A stretch of 64,000 bases of DNA from an uncultured Thiothrix sp. (lineage in GTDB: Bacteria > Pseudomonadota > Gammaproteobacteria > Poriferisulfidales > GCA-002705445): assembly GCA_902559815.1 (NCBI GenBank), contig CACEJE010000002.1:6265-70264 (forward strand). Direction: 5' to 3'. Made by a program: the position numbers and the translations under genes. The notes under the pieces were generated by a model. The model was not told the origin of the DNA, made no database searches, and worked only from the letters and a program-made list of their open reading frames with translations. This document shows positions 61,776 to 64,000 of this stretch, one piece after another (position 1 is the first letter of the stretch; each line of letters starts with the position of its first letter).

Positions 61776-62701
61776 ATTTTTTCAGCCACTCTTATTTTCG
61801 CGCTTCTCGCTCTAACATTTTGTAAAATTTCTTCTTTTGTTGCATGTAATGGTATTTTTATTTTTTTTAAATTTAATTTTTTTTCAAAATTAGTTATAGG
61901 TAAATTACTAGGTACATCCTTAGCAATCGATTGATTATTTATAAAATTTTTTACAATTCTGTCCTCAAGAGAGTGGAAACTAATGACAACTATACGACCA
62001 CCTAATGCTATGACATCCAGGCATTGGTTTAATATCTTTTCTAGTTCTTCTAATTCTTTATTAATAAATATCCTTATAGCTTGAAAACTCTTTGTCGCAG
62101 GGTTTTTCTTATATCTCTTGCTTTTTGGATAACATTCACTAATTATTTTTGATAAATCTATTGTTGTTTTTAATAAATCATTTTCTATTGCTTTTTTAAT
62201 AGATCTTGCAATCTTGTATGCATATTTTTCTTCACCATATAGTCTTAAAATATTCGCAATTGCATCCTCATTTTCTTCTTTCAACCATAATAAAGCAGTA
62301 AGTTTATTCTTTGTATCCATACGCATATCAATTGGTCCTTCTTTCATAAAACTAAATCCTCTTTTTGGATTATCTAATTGTGGTGAAGATACACCTAAGT
62401 CTAAAAGTATTCCATTTACCTTTTTTGATTCATTATACTTTTCAATAATACTTACTAAATTACTAAAACTATTTTTTTCGAATACAAACCTTTTATCTTT
62501 AGAAAAGTTATCTAACGCATATTTTCTTGCTTCTTCATCTTTATCTATAGCTATTAGCTTCCCAGTTTTTCCTATTTTTTTTAAAATATTCTTTGAATGT
62601 CCTCCTCTTCCAAAAGTACAATCAACATAAGTTCCGCCATCTTTTATATTTAAACTTTTTATCACCGTATTAAGCATTACTGGGTTATGTATTAAGTTCA
62701 T
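61772..62701 (-). CDS. rsmH: 16S rRNA (cytosine1402-N4)-methyltransferase
   Basis: HNPVML, DCTFGRGGHS, DLGVSSPQLD, and ISFHSLEDRIVK motifs. Confidence 0.95.
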   Translation of the reverse strand: MNLIHNPVMLNTVIKSLNIKDGGTYVDCTFGRGGHSKNILKKIGKTGKLIAIDKDEEARKYALDNFSKDKRFVFEKNSFSNLVSIIEKYNESKKVNGILLDLGVSSPQLDNPKRGFSFMKEGPIDMRMDTKNKLTALLWLKEENEDAIANILRLYGEEKYAYKIARSIKKAIENDLLKTTIDLSKIISECYPKSKRYKKNPATKSFQAIRIFINKELEELEKILNQCLDVIALGGRIVVISFHSLEDRIVKNFINNQSIAKDVPSNLPITNFEKKLNLKKIKIPLHATKEEILQNVRARSAKIRVAEKI

Positions 62702-62710
62702 ACTATTAAC

Positions 62711-63163
62711 CTATAGTTTAAGTTCATTAAGTGCATTATTATTTGAATCATCATTTTCTTTATTATTTAGCCAATTTTTCATATTTTTATTCCAAATATT
62801 TTCAGACCATAATTCAAATTTATTACCTTGACCAAGCAATATAGTTTTTTTTTGAATATTTGCGTATTCTCTTAAAGGGTTAGGTATCAAAAATCTTCCC
62901 TGGGAATCAATTTCAGATTCGGTTGCATGCCCAATTAATAATCTTTGAATAAATCTTGCTTCTTTATTATAGGATGGAAGATTAGATAATTTTTTCTCAA
63001 TAGATGACCAACTAGCTAACGTATAAATTAACAAACATTTATCTTTGTCAGCAGTTATAACAAGCTTACATTTGTTCATAGAACAAAATACCGGCCTGTA
63101 TCTTTGGGGCATTGACGCCCTTCCTTTAACATCAATGCTTAAATGACTAATTCCTTTAAACAT
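62711..63163 (-). CDS. mraZ: transcriptional regulator MraZ
   Basis: Starts MFKGISHLSIDVKGR (canonical MF.G......D.KGR), with a second SpoVT/AbrB-like repeat (IDSQGRFLIP). I place the start at ATG 63163. The 12-codon upstream extension in the ORF track is encoded by the operator repeats. Confidence 0.9.
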   Translation of the reverse strand: MFKGISHLSIDVKGRASMPQRYRPVFCSMNKCKLVITADKDKCLLIYTLASWSSIEKKLSNLPSYNKEARFIQRLLIGHATESEIDSQGRFLIPNPLREYANIQKKTILLGQGNKFELWSENIWNKNMKNWLNNKENDDSNNNALNELKL

Positions 63164-63171
63164 TTCTATAA

Positions 63172-63202
63172 ATCCCCACAAATTCCCACAATTAGCCACA
63201 AT
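63172..63202 (-). promoter_or_regulatory. MraZ operator: three direct GTGG(G/C) repeats at 10-bp spacing
   Basis: Minus strand reads TGTGGCTAAT TGTGGGAATT TGTGGGGATT. Plus-strand CCACA units lie at 63176-63180, 63186-63190 and 63196-63200, immediately upstream of the mraZ ATG. Confidence 0.6.
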
Positions 63203-63228
63203 AATGCAACAATTGAGATTATTGTCAA
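63201..63228 (-). promoter_or_regulatory. candidate Pmra sigma-70 promoter
   Basis: Minus strand reads TTGACA (63228-63223), 16-nt spacer, CATTAT (63206-63201). It sits directly upstream of the MraZ repeats, matching the E. coli Pmra layout. Confidence 0.45.
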
Positions 63229-63351
63229 GATTTTTCTTTAAGACTCAATAACTTACACATTTTTTATAATTAAAAAAGTATAGAATAAATCATATGATTA
63301 TACGAGAAACTTAATAAATAACATTAAGTATGGAAAAATTAATATTAAATA

Positions 63352-63686
63352 AATGAGTCGACCTATAAGCTGGGTTCTGTTAAATGTAATCATTAATCTT
63401 GTATGCTTGTCACCAAGCATATCTAGCAGCCTACCCAAAAGCAGTGCGAGTAACACTATAGCTTTTCTATTTGGCCTTGCTCCGAGTGGGGTTTGCCTTG
63501 CCAATAATATTACTATTATTGCGGTGAGCTCTTACCTCTCCTTTTCACCCTTACAATTTTCATTGCGGTTTATTTTCTGCTGCACTTTCCGTAAGTTCAC
63601 ACTCCCCAGGTATTACCTGGCACTCTACTCTATGGAGCCCAGACTTTCCTCTTTGAATTCAAAGCGATTACACAGTCGACTCATTC
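63352..63686 (-). ncRNA. rnpB: RNase P RNA, bacterial type A
   Basis: Minus strand contains GAGGAAAGTCTGGGCTCCATAGAG (P4 5' strand) and ACAGAACCCAGCTTATAGGTCGACTCATT at the 3' end. P1 is formed by AATGAGTCGAC/GTCGACTCATT. The GGTAAGAGCTCACCG and AGCAAGGCCAAATAG blocks are present. Located between rsmI and mraZ, as in Pseudomonas. Confidence 0.9.
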
Positions 63687-63704
63687 TTAATTAAATAATA
63701 AAAA

Positions 63705-64000
63705 CTAATCTTTTGCAAGATACATGTGTTTTTTGTATATCTTATTTTTATTCAAATCAAAGTACTTAGATGTAATTTGAACAGCAGATTTATAAGAAAT
63801 ACTATTTTGCAATAATAACTGTAAAAAATCTTCTATTTCATTATCAGAAAGAGTATTTTTTTTTTGTTCAATCCTAGGAATTATGAAAACAAATTCCCCT
63901 TTGATCTTTTCTTGGTTATTTCTATATAAATCTATCCAATTATCAATTGAGTCAATACCAATATCTTCATATATTTTTGTAATCTCCCGTGTAATTATAA
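63705..64000 (-). CDS. rsmI: 16S rRNA (cytidine1402-2'-O)-methyltransferase RsmI (C-terminal part; 5' end beyond window)
   Basis: Not in the ORF track. Minus-strand translation ...ITREITKIYEDIG...EKIKGEFVFIIP...SYKSAVQITSKYFDLNKNKIYKKHMYLAKD* matches the RsmI C-terminus pattern (KGE.V.I.; K.A....A......KN.LYK). Stop codon TAG at 63705-63707. Confidence 0.75.
   Translation of the reverse strand, partial: IITREITKIYEDIGIDSIDNWIDLYRNNQEKIKGEFVFIIPRIEQKKNTLSDNEIEDFLQLLLQNSISYKSAVQITSKYFDLNKNKIYKKHMYLAKD

Noticed and set aside
63298-63694. Two ORF-track ORFs (63298-63504 minus, 68 aa; 63353-63694 plus, 113 aa)
   Set aside because: Both lie on the RNase P RNA gene. The conserved rnpB blocks (GAGGAAAGTCTGGGCTCCATAG, ACAGAACCCAGCTTA) explain the region, so the ORFs are spurious.

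Overview
Very AT-rich window (about 30% GC by eye) and extremely gene-dense: my tally of the gaps gives about 97% genic. It looks like core chromosome from a streamlined gammaproteobacterium. Local synteny blocks match Pseudomonas-type order: L25-prs-tRNAGln-ispE-lolB-TPR<>hemA-prfA-prmC, gatCAB<>mreBCD, secA-argJ, and rsmI-rnpB-mraZ. I support 63 protein genes (two run off the window edges), one tRNA-Gln, RNase P RNA, one clear intrinsic terminator and an MraZ-operator/promoter region. About 18 kb is a complete dcw (division/cell wall) cluster. I see no transposase, integrase, phage, CRISPR, restriction or recognisable defence genes, so I cannot honestly claim a novel accessory system here. 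The most unusual feature is inside the dcw cluster. ftsZ is not after ftsA. It lies between ftsI and murE, translationally coupled to ftsI, and is followed by an unannotated 43-aa entericidin-family lipoprotein gene missing from the ORF track. Other items worth a second look: ProRS lacking the INS editing domain; an orphan, codon-biased, GC-richer LivK-type binding protein with a long structured leader; a tandem-duplicated XseB; an N-terminally truncated PrmC; SecA without its zinc-finger tail; and convergent genes that overlap at their 3' ends. All functional calls come from reading the translations against remembered family motifs. No database search was run.
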